Source: a virus (Duplodnaviria > Heunggongvirae > Uroviricota > Caudoviricetes). Taken from it: a DNA stretch of 64,000 nt. The stretch covers positions 192,001 through 256,000 of IMG/VR virus record IMGVR_UViG_3300012347_000377. One strand, 5' to 3'. The first letter of the stretch is position 1; each line of letters begins with the position of its first letter. Under the pieces are notes generated by a model. That model was not told the origin of the DNA. It made no database searches and was given only the letters and a program-made list of their open reading frames with translations. Positions 41,608 through 50,823 of this stretch are shown here, piece by piece. Both the position numbers and the translations under genes were made by a program.

Positions 41608-41865
41608 ATGGCATTTAAAGACATTTTTAAAGACAGTAACGAATATAACGAAAAATCAATCGTTGGATTCGCATCATTTGCAGTTATGGTAGTATTTGCA
41701 GGAGCAGATATAGTAACTGGTATAATGGGACAACAATTGGAAATTAGTGATACTATTTTCAATTCATTCGTAATTATTACATTGGGTGCATTTGGTATCG
41801 CTGAAGCTGGTAAAGTATTTAGTGATAAAAAATCATCTGATTCTAATGAAGAAGAATTAGGATAA
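41608..41865 (+). CDS. Two-TM membrane protein, holin-like
   Basis: Two hydrophobic helices, charged C-terminus, near endolysin. Confidence 0.6.
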   Translation: MAFKDIFKDSNEYNEKSIVGFASFAVMVVFAGADIVTGIMGQQLEISDTIFNSFVIITLGAFGIAEAGKVFSDKKSSDSNEEELG

Positions 41866-41870
41866 TTAGT

Positions 41871-42101
41871 ATGAAAAAGTTACTACAATATTGGAAAGAC
41901 AACCAGCAATGGTTGGCTTTCTTGTTGATGATAATATATCTAAATGGGTTTTTTATTATTTTAGAAGAACAAATGAGAACCATATACTGGTTACCTATTG
42001 TTTGGTTATTTCAATTTTTTGGATTAGCCGGATGGTATTCATATGTTGCTAATAAAAAAGGATGGAAACTACCTAGAGATATAAAGAATACACATAGTTA
42101 A
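41871..42101 (+). CDS. Small two-TM membrane protein
   Basis: Two hydrophobic Trp-rich segments. Confidence 0.65.
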   Translation: MKKLLQYWKDNQQWLAFLLMIIYLNGFFIILEEQMRTIYWLPIVWLFQFFGLAGWYSYVANKKGWKLPRDIKNTHS

Positions 42102-42116
42102 AATAAAGGATACTTA

Positions 42117-42833
42117 ATGAAAAAAATCATATTACTATTAGTATGCGTATTATTTACACATATTACATTTGCACAAATCGGAACTATTAAAGCAGAAAAA
42201 TATCAATCGGAGTTTGAAAAAAAACAATCAATTGAAGACGTATCTGATTATGATGGTAAACCAATCCCAATCGCATTATTAAACATCTCAGCAACAGATG
42301 AGGTATATCAAATGTGGCCAGATTTAAAAGATGCTAGAATTGGGTTGGGTGTAACTAATATGGTAATTGAATATTTAGAATATACCAATCGTTTTCAATT
42401 TGTAGAAGAAAAATCTGAAATTAAAAACAGAATGAAAGACCAATGGAAAGCATCTAAAAAAGGTGTATCTGAAAATGAAGTTTATGGGTTTGGTAAAATT
42501 AAATTAGCAAACTATTTTGTTACGATTGAGATATATGATTTTTCAGTTTCGGAAGATGAAGTTCTTTCTTTAAAAGAAGGTTCTAAACAAACACAAACAA
42601 CAAGATTAGGATTACAAGTTCGTTTTACTAATGCAATCGATGGAACATATTTCGTAGGTTCTGGATTAGGGGAAGCAAATACCGTTAAAACTCAAGAAGG
42701 TATTTTGGGTTTAGATGTTGAGGAAATTAAATTTAGACAATCTGCAATTGGAGTTACTACTCGTAAAGCATTAGAAACTGCATCTGCACGTATTGTAAGT
42801 AGATTAATTAAAAAAGGTGTATTCCCTAACTAA
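42117..42833 (+). CDS. CsgG/HfaB-like exported protein
   Basis: Signal ITFA|Q; GLGVTNMVIEYLEYTNRFQFVEE, ANYFVTIEIYDF, LGLQVRFTNAIDG, RKALETA match CsgG-family layout. Confidence 0.72.
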   Translation: MKKIILLLVCVLFTHITFAQIGTIKAEKYQSEFEKKQSIEDVSDYDGKPIPIALLNISATDEVYQMWPDLKDARIGLGVTNMVIEYLEYTNRFQFVEEKSEIKNRMKDQWKASKKGVSENEVYGFGKIKLANYFVTIEIYDFSVSEDEVLSLKEGSKQTQTTRLGLQVRFTNAIDGTYFVGSGLGEANTVKTQEGILGLDVEEIKFRQSAIGVTTRKALETASARIVSRLIKKGVFPN

Positions 42834-42835
42834 AT

Positions 42836-44299
42836 GTGATAAAAAAATTATTATTCATATTATTATTATCATTCATAGGTTTGAGTGGGTATGGTCAAAC
42901 TACCTTTACTCAAACCTTTGTTGATAGATGCACGGGTGATGTAAAAGTAGTTACTGCAACATTTGTAAATGGAAGAGCAACTATAGCTTTTTATAATCGA
43001 ATTAGAGTATTTACTCAACAAGAAGTAACCAACGGAACACTTCAACTTTGGTTAACCGAAACTTATAATTGGTGGTATGCACTTTCACCATGTTCGGTTG
43101 CAACTCAACAAGCACAACAAGCTCAACAAACTGCTCAACAAGCCCAACAAGCAGCTCAAACTGCATCTCAAGCAGCATCACAGGCTGCATCTGCCGCATC
43201 TGCCGCATCATCTGCAGTTTCAAATATACCCGCAGTTCCACCGGTGAATGTTCCACCTCCACCACCCGCAACACCACCATCAACACCTGCATCTCCACCA
43301 CCTACAAATAGTAGTTCACCACCTCCTGCACAAAATGGGGGTAGTTCTTCATCATCATCTTCATCATCATCTTCATCATCATCTTCGTCTTCATCATCTT
43401 CAGCATCTGAAACTAAGACAGAAACAAAAACTGAAACTAAAACAGAAACTAAGACCGAGACAAAAACTGAAGAAAAGAAAACAGAATCTAAAACAGAAAC
43501 TAAAGAAGAGAAAAAGGAAGAATCCAAATCCGAAACTAAAGAAGAAAAGAAAGAGGAAAAAAAGGAAGAAACTAAAGAAGAGAAAAAGGAAGAGAAGAAG
43601 GAAGAAAAGAAAAAAGAGGATAAGAAAAAGGAAAAACAACAAAAACGTGCATCTGCACCACCTATAATGGTAAGTGGTGATATGATTGGAATGCAAAGTT
43701 TAACAGGTGGAATTGATGCAGTTCTTTCGGTTGGTATGAGTAAATCATCTATATTTGGTGATAGAAGTTATAACGTAGGAACTATGATATGGTCTAATCT
43801 CCAACAATTCAGTTTATCAGCATCTACTGCTAAGATTTATATGACATCTGATTACAGAGTAAGTGGTATAGAATCAGTATCAATTTCATATTCAAATAAT
43901 TTTGGAACTAACGCAACATCTATGTCAATGAGTTGGATTGAACCTATGAGTGGTAGAAAAGGAACGTTTGGAATTGGTTTTAATGGTTCTGCAGTTTGGG
44001 GTGATATGATGGATTATGGAACTTATAATATTGGTTGGAATGCATTATATACAAATTCGTTTAAGGTTGGTAGAAATATAACATATTCCCCAGCGTTTAT
44101 TATAACCAATACACCTATTAATGCAGTAAATCAAAAACAAGAATTTAATGGTGATGCTATGTTTATTTTATCCAACGGATTTACTATACAATTAACTAAA
44201 CGATTTGTTGTCAATTTCAATTGGACTGGTATAAAATCTACTAATGAATCATTACCCCTTATAAATTCATTCATTATAGGATCAAAAATAAATTTATAA
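42836..44299 (+). CDS. Exported protein with long low-complexity linker and probable C-terminal beta-barrel
   Basis: Signal GYG|Q; AQQ, Pro, poly-Ser, ETK, EEKK tracts; C-terminal ~210 aa of amphipathic beta strands. Confidence 0.72.
   Translation: MIKKLLFILLLSFIGLSGYGQTTFTQTFVDRCTGDVKVVTATFVNGRATIAFYNRIRVFTQQEVTNGTLQLWLTETYNWWYALSPCSVATQQAQQAQQTAQQAQQAAQTASQAASQAASAASAASSAVSNIPAVPPVNVPPPPPATPPSTPASPPPTNSSSPPPAQNGGSSSSSSSSSSSSSSSSSSSSASETKTETKTETKTETKTETKTEEKKTESKTETKEEKKEESKSETKEEKKEEKKEETKEEKKEEKKEEKKKEDKKKEKQQKRASAPPIMVSGDMIGMQSLTGGIDAVLSVGMSKSSIFGDRSYNVGTMIWSNLQQFSLSASTAKIYMTSDYRVSGIESVSISYSNNFGTNATSMSMSWIEPMSGRKGTFGIGFNGSAVWGDMMDYGTYNIGWNALYTNSFKVGRNITYSPAFIITNTPINAVNQKQEFNGDAMFILSNGFTIQLTKRFVVNFNWTGIKSTNESLPLINSFIIGSKINL
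43106..43640 (+). repeat. Coding low-complexity tandem repeats (AQQ, Pro-rich, TCA/TCT poly-Ser, ETKT, EEKK)
   Basis: Directly visible in DNA and translation. Confidence 0.9.
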
Positions 44300-44330
44300 C
44301 ATACTTAAATAAAAGATAGTTACGATTACG

Positions 44331-45143
44331 ATGAAAAAAGCAATATTCTTAGGAGCATCAAATACACATGGAGTTTCATTACATTATTTTAGAGAACTAT
44401 ATAATGATTATGAAAATGTAAATCCTGAATGGCCATACCCTAAAAACTTAGACGATGAGTTATTTATAGAAACAAATCGATTCTCAAAACAACTTTCAAC
44501 TTATTTAAATGTTCAAGAGATAAATCTCTCTAGAGCAGGTGGATCACCAGCGGAATCTTTATATCTACTTTCTCAAACAGATTTATCTGATGTAGAATAT
44601 ATAGTATTTGAATTATCGGGCTTTTATAATTACTTTGATAGGTTTTTTCACCCTAATAAAGATGAAGCAACATCACAAATGTTGCCAAGAACACCATCTG
44701 AAATTGAATCTTTTTTAACTAATAATAAAAATGATAATATTGAATTAAAAAACAAAATTATCGAATGGGTTATAAATTACAATCCACATGAATTTATGAA
44801 TGAAGTTTTTATAAAACTCAAAGATTTTATAAATACAAATCCACATATAAAAATTTCAATATTACTTTGGAGAGATACTTTAGATTTTACCAATATAAAT
44901 TTACAATTTTTAGAAAAATATATTGTAAAATTTCCCCTAATAAATGATAATGATAATATTTTAGTTGAAAAATATTTAATAGAAAATAAACATAGAGTGT
45001 GTGATGAATTTAAATGGGCAAATAAAATAAAATTACCGAAAAATTCATCTGATATACATCCATCATTAAACGGTCACAATAAAATATTTAAAATACTAAA
45101 AAGTTATATAGATGAAAGAAACACTCTTAATAATTGGAGATAG
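44331..45143 (+). CDS. SGNH/GDSL-like protein (paralogue 2)
   Basis: GASNTHG, NLSRAGGS, DIHPSLNGH. Confidence 0.75.
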   Translation: MKKAIFLGASNTHGVSLHYFRELYNDYENVNPEWPYPKNLDDELFIETNRFSKQLSTYLNVQEINLSRAGGSPAESLYLLSQTDLSDVEYIVFELSGFYNYFDRFFHPNKDEATSQMLPRTPSEIESFLTNNKNDNIELKNKIIEWVINYNPHEFMNEVFIKLKDFINTNPHIKISILLWRDTLDFTNINLQFLEKYIVKFPLINDNDNILVEKYLIENKHRVCDEFKWANKIKLPKNSSDIHPSLNGHNKIFKILKSYIDERNTLNNWR

Positions 45144-45681
45144 TTTTGCTGCTGATTGGAGTAGTAAATCAAACTCATTGGGTTGGGTTAATAAATTAGA
45201 ATCGGATTATGATGTTACTAATTTAGCACAAGCAGGAGTTAGTGAGTATAAATTATATTTACAACTCCAATCAGTAAACCCAAAAAATTATGATCAGATA
45301 ATTGTATCCCATACATCGGCATATAGAATCCCCATAGAAGAACATCCAATCCATAAAGGTGATTCTCTTCATAATAATTGTGATATTATATTTTCAGATG
45401 TAAAAGAACATTTGGATAATCCTATAATGAAAACTGCATATGATTTTTATTCTGAAATATTTTACGCAGATTATTTTTGCTTTGTCAATGATTTAATCTT
45501 TGATAAGATATATAAGGAAATTCCATCAGCAACCCATATAACCTTTTTCGATTCATTTTATTCAGATAAGGTAATTAAATTTGAAGATATTTTTCTTAAC
45601 CATAGGGGTAATACCAATCATTTAACTGATGTTGGAAATGAATATATCTACAATAGTATTAAAAAATTATTAGGTAAATAA
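45112..45681 (+). CDS. SGNH/GDSL-like protein (paralogue 3)
   Basis: GDSFAAD, NLAQAGVS, TNHLTDVGN. Confidence 0.75.
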   Translation: MKETLLIIGDSFAADWSSKSNSLGWVNKLESDYDVTNLAQAGVSEYKLYLQLQSVNPKNYDQIIVSHTSAYRIPIEEHPIHKGDSLHNNCDIIFSDVKEHLDNPIMKTAYDFYSEIFYADYFCFVNDLIFDKIYKEIPSATHITFFDSFYSDKVIKFEDIFLNHRGNTNHLTDVGNEYIYNSIKKLLGK

Positions 45682-45701
45682 ACCTATAAATAAACATTTC
45701 T

Positions 45702-45710
45702 ATATTTATA
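45702..45710 (+). promoter_or_regulatory. Putative late-promoter motif ATATTTATA
   Basis: Intergenic, 36 nt before start of 45746. Confidence 0.6.
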
Positions 45711-45745
45711 TAAGTTAAAATAGATAGAATACAAAGGAACAAAAT

Positions 45746-46729
45746 ATGAAATTATCTCAAGTAAAATCAGCAGTAAAACAGACAATTAGAGAAAACTTTA
45801 AACAATCTCTTTCCGAAGCATCATATAATTTAGGTAGTGAACAATATACTAAGAAAAATTTAACACCAACCGAAATTTTAGATTTGGCAATGGCATACGC
45901 AAAAGTACCCGGTAAAGGTAATCCTATGTATGGTAAAAAAATGCCAAAGATGATAGTTGTTGCTAATGATTTGGCTAAACTAAACGGAACTATCCAACAA
46001 AATGCCAGTATTCGTAGTAAAGAACCTGCACTTATATTAACTTTAATGAAAAATGGATTAATTACTAAAGATGAGTATGTTAAACTATATAAGAACTTAT
46101 TAGAAAAACAAATAAGTGTTATTGGTGCATTGAAAAACGCAGACCCTGCCTCAAGAATGGTAGGTGGTGCAGCAGCAAGACAGGCACATAAAGATATGAA
46201 GGGTGAATTTGAAGAATCGGTTAATGAAGGATTAAAACATCTTATTCACGTAGAAACCCCCAAAGAAATATTATCAAAATCAGTTGCATCACAAATTATG
46301 GCATTAGCCAAAAAAGGGGTTCGTTCAAGTGAAATTGGATTGAATATGGGATTCATAGGTAATAATAACGCAGCAGTTGATTCTTTTCAAAAAGTTAAAA
46401 ATAAAATATATTTTTCATTGGATAAACGAAACGAATCAGTAAACGAATCTTTTGTAAAAGGTAAAACTTATGGTGGAACTAAATGTGAAGGTGGTTGTTT
46501 CATTGGTAAGCAAGGTTTGATGAAAATAATCAAAATTTCAAAAGAATCACCAAACAATACATTTATATTCAGACAAGATAATTTTTCTGGATTACAACCT
46601 CATTTTATTAAGAATGGTGTAATTGGAAAAGCAACTACACTTAATCCATCGTATGATTTAGATAGAAATAAAGTAAGAAACTTAAAAATCACTAACGATA
46701 TTATTCTTTCAATTCAATTGTTTGACTAA
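45746..46729 (+). CDS. Hypothetical protein with repeated (I/L/V)xE sites, possible head-packaged protein
   Basis: TIRE, SLSE, EESVNE, RNESVNE. Confidence 0.7.
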   Translation: MKLSQVKSAVKQTIRENFKQSLSEASYNLGSEQYTKKNLTPTEILDLAMAYAKVPGKGNPMYGKKMPKMIVVANDLAKLNGTIQQNASIRSKEPALILTLMKNGLITKDEYVKLYKNLLEKQISVIGALKNADPASRMVGGAAARQAHKDMKGEFEESVNEGLKHLIHVETPKEILSKSVASQIMALAKKGVRSSEIGLNMGFIGNNNAAVDSFQKVKNKIYFSLDKRNESVNESFVKGKTYGGTKCEGGCFIGKQGLMKIIKISKESPNNTFIFRQDNFSGLQPHFIKNGVIGKATTLNPSYDLDRNKVRNLKITNDIILSIQLFD

Positions 46730-46744
46730 TTTAATTTTATTAAA

Positions 46745-47206
46745 ATGATAAATTTATCAAATATTTTAGAAAAAAAATATCATTACGATACTGGATTATC
46801 TGGTGATGAGAAATCACATGCAGAAACTCAATTCAATCAACATCATCATGCTTCGATGTATGCAAAACATTTTGGAATAACTGCAGATAAAGAAACGGTT
46901 GATTTTGATGACGATGATGAGGATAGAAATCCTGGTAAAGTAGTTCCATATGATTCTAAAAAAGATAAAATCGATAGAGGATATGAACCATTATCAACAA
47001 GAAAACTAAAATCAGAATATCATCATAATACACCAAACGAAAGAATTAAATCTTACACCGAGCGTATTAAGAATATAAAAGATAAATTACAAAGTATTGA
47101 AGATAAAACATCGGATACTTATAAATTACAACAAGGAAAATTAAAGGCAGTTATACAAACACTTTCGAACTACAAACAACAACAAAGTATTAAGAAAACA
47201 AAATAA
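46745..47206 (+). CDS. Hypothetical protein with MINLSNILE leader
   Basis: Shared N-terminal leader motif. Confidence 0.7.
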   Translation: MINLSNILEKKYHYDTGLSGDEKSHAETQFNQHHHASMYAKHFGITADKETVDFDDDDEDRNPGKVVPYDSKKDKIDRGYEPLSTRKLKSEYHHNTPNERIKSYTERIKNIKDKLQSIEDKTSDTYKLQQGKLKAVIQTLSNYKQQQSIKKTK

Positions 47207-47505
47207 TGATAAGTTTAAAAAACATAATGAAGGGTGGTAAATGGAGTGGTAGAGATATCGAGTTCGGTAAAGTCTATTCAAACCCATACCATACTGCATT
47301 TAAACCATTAAAGGAAGAGGAAGACCATGAAGTATTTATGGGGCAATCTCTCTTAGATGACATTATTAAAAATGCAACTGAATTAAAAGAAAAAATAGGA
47401 GAATCGGAAACTGATATTCCGGCATGGATTCAAGACCATATATCCCAGTCACAAAATTTTATTAACCAAGCAAATACCGGTTACTATGATAGCAACTCCA
47501 AATAA
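47206..47505 (+). CDS. Hypothetical protein with MISLKNIM leader
   Basis: Leader-like start, PLKEEE site, DIPAWIQDHIS helix. Confidence 0.7.
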   Translation: MISLKNIMKGGKWSGRDIEFGKVYSNPYHTAFKPLKEEEDHEVFMGQSLLDDIIKNATELKEKIGESETDIPAWIQDHISQSQNFINQANTGYYDSNSK

Positions 47506-47516
47506 GTGAGTTAGAT

Positions 47517-48140
47517 ATGGAATTAAAATATATGGAAACAATCACAACGGTAGTAATAGCATTAATAACGGCAGTTTTAGGTCCTGCAACATTAGAGTGG
47601 GTACGTGTTAAATTAAAGAAAGATACGATGCCAGACCCAATCCGAAATGAATTAGAATCTGCTAAAATAATTGATGAAGATATTGAAGATATTAGAGAGC
47701 ATTTAAACGCTGATAGAATCTGGGTATCGATGTTTCACAATGGTGGACATTTTTTACATTCAAATAAATCCATACAGAAATTTTCAATAATGTATGAGAC
47801 ATCAAAAAATGGTGTATCTAAAATAGCACCAACCTTTACAAATATACCAGTATCCTTATTCTTAAAATCTAATGAGGAAATCTTAAACTCTGGTCATATT
47901 TTTATTTCCAACTTTGATGACCCAACTCAAGCAACATTTGGATTAAAAGAAGCTGCAACAGCAAGTGGTGCTAAAGCAACATATGCAGTTGGATTATTTG
48001 ATATTAAAACGGAAATTTGTATAGGAACATTGGGTATTGATTATCTAACTACGAAAAAACTAACAATAGAACAAAAATCATTCTTAATTGAACGTTGTAA
48101 TCGTTTATCTGGATATATCTCAATCTTCTTAAAAAGTTAA
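47517..48140 (+). CDS. Membrane-anchored GAF-like domain protein (possible T4 T-type holin)
   Basis: N-terminal TM; LNADRIWVSMFHNG and IGTLGIDY GAF-like strands. Confidence 0.6.
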   Translation: MELKYMETITTVVIALITAVLGPATLEWVRVKLKKDTMPDPIRNELESAKIIDEDIEDIREHLNADRIWVSMFHNGGHFLHSNKSIQKFSIMYETSKNGVSKIAPTFTNIPVSLFLKSNEEILNSGHIFISNFDDPTQATFGLKEAATASGAKATYAVGLFDIKTEICIGTLGIDYLTTKKLTIEQKSFLIERCNRLSGYISIFLKS

Positions 48141-48154
48141 ATAACATAATATAT

Positions 48155-48181
48155 AACCCATTGATTTTCAATGGGTTTTTT
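48155..48181 (+). terminator. Rho-independent terminator
   Basis: AACCCATTGA-TTT-TCAATGGGTT 10-bp stem followed by T tract. Confidence 0.88.
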
Positions 48182-48206
48182 ATTGCCCAAAATAACCCCT
48201 TTTTTA

Positions 48207-48240
48207 TTTGGAAATCTCATATATTTTTTGTATATTTATA
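48207..48240 (+). promoter_or_regulatory. Composite promoter: TTTG -33 box with ATATTTATA at the -7 position
   Basis: TTTG at 48207, TATATTTATA at 48231 (same 20-nt spacer). Confidence 0.65.
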
Positions 48241-48257
48241 GTATAAATGATGAGAAT

Positions 48258-48620
48258 ATGAATCAAAATGAAATACAAAAAATAGTGTTTGATGTCTATG
48301 AAAAAATCACCAAACATTATGGAGAATCCAAACATCAAAAATCAACTCCTTATATCGTATTTGAAGATTCCCCATACGATGATGCCGATGATAAAGATTT
48401 AATTGGTGAGTATTGTTCAATGATGAATGAAATAGTGGTTTATTGGAAGAATATCCCCTCGTCAGAGGTTTTAATTAGAACAATGGTTCACGAATACCAA
48501 CATTACTTACAATCTCCCTCTTGGATGACTAGATACTATAATATGGGATATGGATACAATGACCACCCATATGAAGTTCAAGCGTATAGTGAAGAGGAAA
48601 ATTGGGTAAAGTTTGTTTAA
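48258..48620 (+). CDS. HExxH zincin-like metallopeptidase (start revised from 48171)
   Basis: TMVHEYQH, HPYEVQA; upstream ATG lies inside the terminator. Confidence 0.78.
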   Translation: MNQNEIQKIVFDVYEKITKHYGESKHQKSTPYIVFEDSPYDDADDKDLIGEYCSMMNEIVVYWKNIPSSEVLIRTMVHEYQHYLQSPSWMTRYYNMGYGYNDHPYEVQAYSEEENWVKFV

Positions 48621-48623
48621 TTT

Positions 48624-48632
48624 ATATTTATA
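48624..48632 (+). promoter_or_regulatory. Putative late-promoter motif ATATTTATA
   Basis: Intergenic, before 48655. Confidence 0.6.
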
Positions 48633-48654
48633 GTATAGAATAAAGGAAATCAAT

Positions 48655-48909
48655 ATGAAATTAACAGAATTATTAAACGAAGTGAGTTTAACTCCAAAGG
48701 CAGCTAAATTCTTAGATGCTATTCAAATACACGATAGAGGTATTAAAGATTTGAAACATATCACTGTCGATGCATCACCTCAAGGAAACTGGTCCGTTTA
48801 TTATAAAGGTAAAAGATTAGGCACTGTCAACGCTCGTTTATTAGACGATGAGACTATTAGAAAATATGGTTTAGAACATTACGAACATTCTTATTTTGGA
48901 AGAAATTAA
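48655..48909 (+). CDS. Hypothetical protein with MKLTELLNE leader
   Basis: Shared leader motif. Confidence 0.72.
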   Translation: MKLTELLNEVSLTPKAAKFLDAIQIHDRGIKDLKHITVDASPQGNWSVYYKGKRLGTVNARLLDDETIRKYGLEHYEHSYFGRN

Positions 48910-48915
48910 AATATC

Positions 48916-49242
48916 ATGATAACATTAAAATCAATTATTGCAGAGGCAAAAATAACACCAAGTATTAAGGAAGTGAGTGATACATATTTCAACTCATTTA
49001 CTGATGCAGTAAATTACGCTAGAAAAGCTACTGAAAAAAGAGGATTTGAAATCAATGAAGATGATTGGCAAACTCAAATTGCTTTAGGTGGTAAATATTC
49101 TCGTTCAAGACCAAGTGTTGGTAAAACTAATACATTTAGTGTTGGTTTATTAAAAGGTGGTAAACCTCAAAGAAAAAACCTTAACATTTCAGTATATGGA
49201 ATGGAGAGTGGTAAGTTTGAATTAACTCATTATATAAACTAA
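48916..49242 (+). CDS. Hypothetical protein with MITLKSIIAE leader
   Basis: Shared leader motif. Confidence 0.72.
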   Translation: MITLKSIIAEAKITPSIKEVSDTYFNSFTDAVNYARKATEKRGFEINEDDWQTQIALGGKYSRSRPSVGKTNTFSVGLLKGGKPQRKNLNISVYGMESGKFELTHYIN

Positions 49243-49246
49243 TCTT

Positions 49247-49522
49247 ATGATAAAGTTAGCAAATTTATTAAACGAAAACTTTCCAGGTAAAGGTGCAGTT
49301 GTATCTACAAAGGATATTGATTCCAAAATGATGGATTACTTTGATAGAACAAATGTGAAATTAGAAGTAACTCCTATTAGTGGAAAGAAATATTCAGCAT
49401 CAGTTGGTCAACGATTTGGTGATATTTTCTTTTTCGGAGCTGGAGTACCTGATAAATCAACTTGGCAATTACAATTGAAACAAATTAAATCTGTAAAGAT
49501 TTTAGGATATTACGGAGATTAA
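49247..49522 (+). CDS. Hypothetical protein with MIKLANLLNE leader
   Basis: Shared leader motif. Confidence 0.72.
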   Translation: MIKLANLLNENFPGKGAVVSTKDIDSKMMDYFDRTNVKLEVTPISGKKYSASVGQRFGDIFFFGAGVPDKSTWQLQLKQIKSVKILGYYGD

Positions 49523-49537
49523 CAAATAATTCATAAG

Positions 49538-49813
49538 ATGAAATTAACATTCAAATTAAACGGAAAGCCAAATGTGGTTGAATTTAATACCGCACCAAAT
49601 CAATCGGGTGGTATTTCTTGTATGGCTAAAACATCAAAGGATTTGGATGTATTACAATATATTATTTCAGAATCACCTGCAATGGTTGTTCCAAAAGCAA
49701 TACAACAATATATTGAAAAAACTTTAAAATTACCAATTGAGATTGATAGAGATTATAGAGGTGCCGGATTCGCATTCAAATTGGATATGTATGAATTGGT
49801 AAAAAAATTATAA
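49538..49813 (+). CDS. Hypothetical protein
   Basis: ORF in co-oriented run. Confidence 0.68.
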   Translation: MKLTFKLNGKPNVVEFNTAPNQSGGISCMAKTSKDLDVLQYIISESPAMVVPKAIQQYIEKTLKLPIEIDRDYRGAGFAFKLDMYELVKKL

Positions 49814-49995
49814 TGATTAACTTAATTGATATATTAAAAGAAATTGTCAAAAACAGCGTAGTTTACTGCGATGGATGTGATTGGTCATGGAATTTATCAG
49901 ATGGTGGAAATGATCCATATATTTGTCATAAATGTGGCCACGATAATACACCAAATACTGAAAATAAAGAATTTAAGGAAACCCCAACTAAATAA
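49813..49995 (+). CDS. Small zinc-ribbon protein with MINLIDILKE leader
   Basis: CDGC and CHKC pairs. Confidence 0.7.
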   Translation: MINLIDILKEIVKNSVVYCDGCDWSWNLSDGGNDPYICHKCGHDNTPNTENKEFKETPTK

Positions 49996-50763
49996 ATGGA
50001 AGTAAGAGGATACGTTCACCCATATAAGAATTTTGCAACTATTGCAGAGTGGGAACGTATTGCCAAAGAATTTATTGCGTTAGAACAAAAAGGGTTTGAT
50101 ACGAGAGGTGGTATGATTGATAATAATCCACAACTAATATCACTTGTCAATCAATGGTTTGGATTTCAATTATATGTAGAAACTCAGCGATACCCACAAC
50201 TTAAACAAAAAATGGTTTTAGATTTCATCGAAGATTTTGTAAATCATAGAGTTTGGGGATTAAAAGATGAATTTAAGGATTATATTGTTAATATAAACAA
50301 TGATAAGTTTGCATTCTTTTATAGTAGAGGTGCAATTGAACCATATATCCTCCTAGATAAGAGTTTTACCGAAGATGTCTATGGAACTACCAATGAGATA
50401 GTTAAAACCTTACATTGGACAAATAAAGAGGGTTTAGCAAACATCATAGATGGTATTCAAAATAATTCACAATTTTCAATATCAACATTCACTACTCAGG
50501 CTAAAGAGTTCTTCAGACCGGATAGTAATATCTTAGTTAGAATTAAGGGTAGATTAGTTGCAGCATTTAAATCCGATGTAAAATCTTTGGTAGTTGATAA
50601 TGGTGATAGAGCAGCAAACTTATTTAGATTCGCATATCAAGATGAAGAATCCAACTTATGTAAGAAAGTTGAAGATTGTAGAGAAAATAAGACTAATTTG
50701 TGGAACGAAATTATCATAAAACCAACTGGAATAATTGATTATAAAGTTATAAAAAAATACTAA
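49996..50763 (+). CDS. Hypothetical protein, possible ADP-ribosyltransferase-like C-terminal domain
   Basis: TLHWT...SISTFT...WNEIII spacing recalls ART strands. Confidence 0.45.
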   Translation: MEVRGYVHPYKNFATIAEWERIAKEFIALEQKGFDTRGGMIDNNPQLISLVNQWFGFQLYVETQRYPQLKQKMVLDFIEDFVNHRVWGLKDEFKDYIVNINNDKFAFFYSRGAIEPYILLDKSFTEDVYGTTNEIVKTLHWTNKEGLANIIDGIQNNSQFSISTFTTQAKEFFRPDSNILVRIKGRLVAAFKSDVKSLVVDNGDRAANLFRFAYQDEESNLCKKVEDCRENKTNLWNEIIIKPTGIIDYKVIKKY

Positions 50764-50768
50764 TAAAA

Positions 50769-50800
50769 TTTGGTAATATCAGATTTTTTTACTATATTAG
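50769..50800 (+). promoter_or_regulatory. Bacteroidota-type promoter (variant -7 box)
   Basis: TTTG at 50769, TATATTAG at 50793. Confidence 0.7.
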
Positions 50801-50823
50801 CTTTATAAACGTTAAGAGATAAA

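Noticed and set aside
43342-43640. Tandem repeats as a possible CRISPR array or DGR
   Set aside because: Codon-periodic coding repeats without unique spacers; no cas operon or reverse transcriptase nearby.
43011-43696. Alternative-frame ORFs rich in His, Asp or Phe/Leu
   Set aside because: By-products of the low-complexity repeats in 42836..44299.
48171-48257. N-terminal extension of the HExxH ORF
   Set aside because: It overlaps the terminator and promoter; ATG 48258 is the plausible start.
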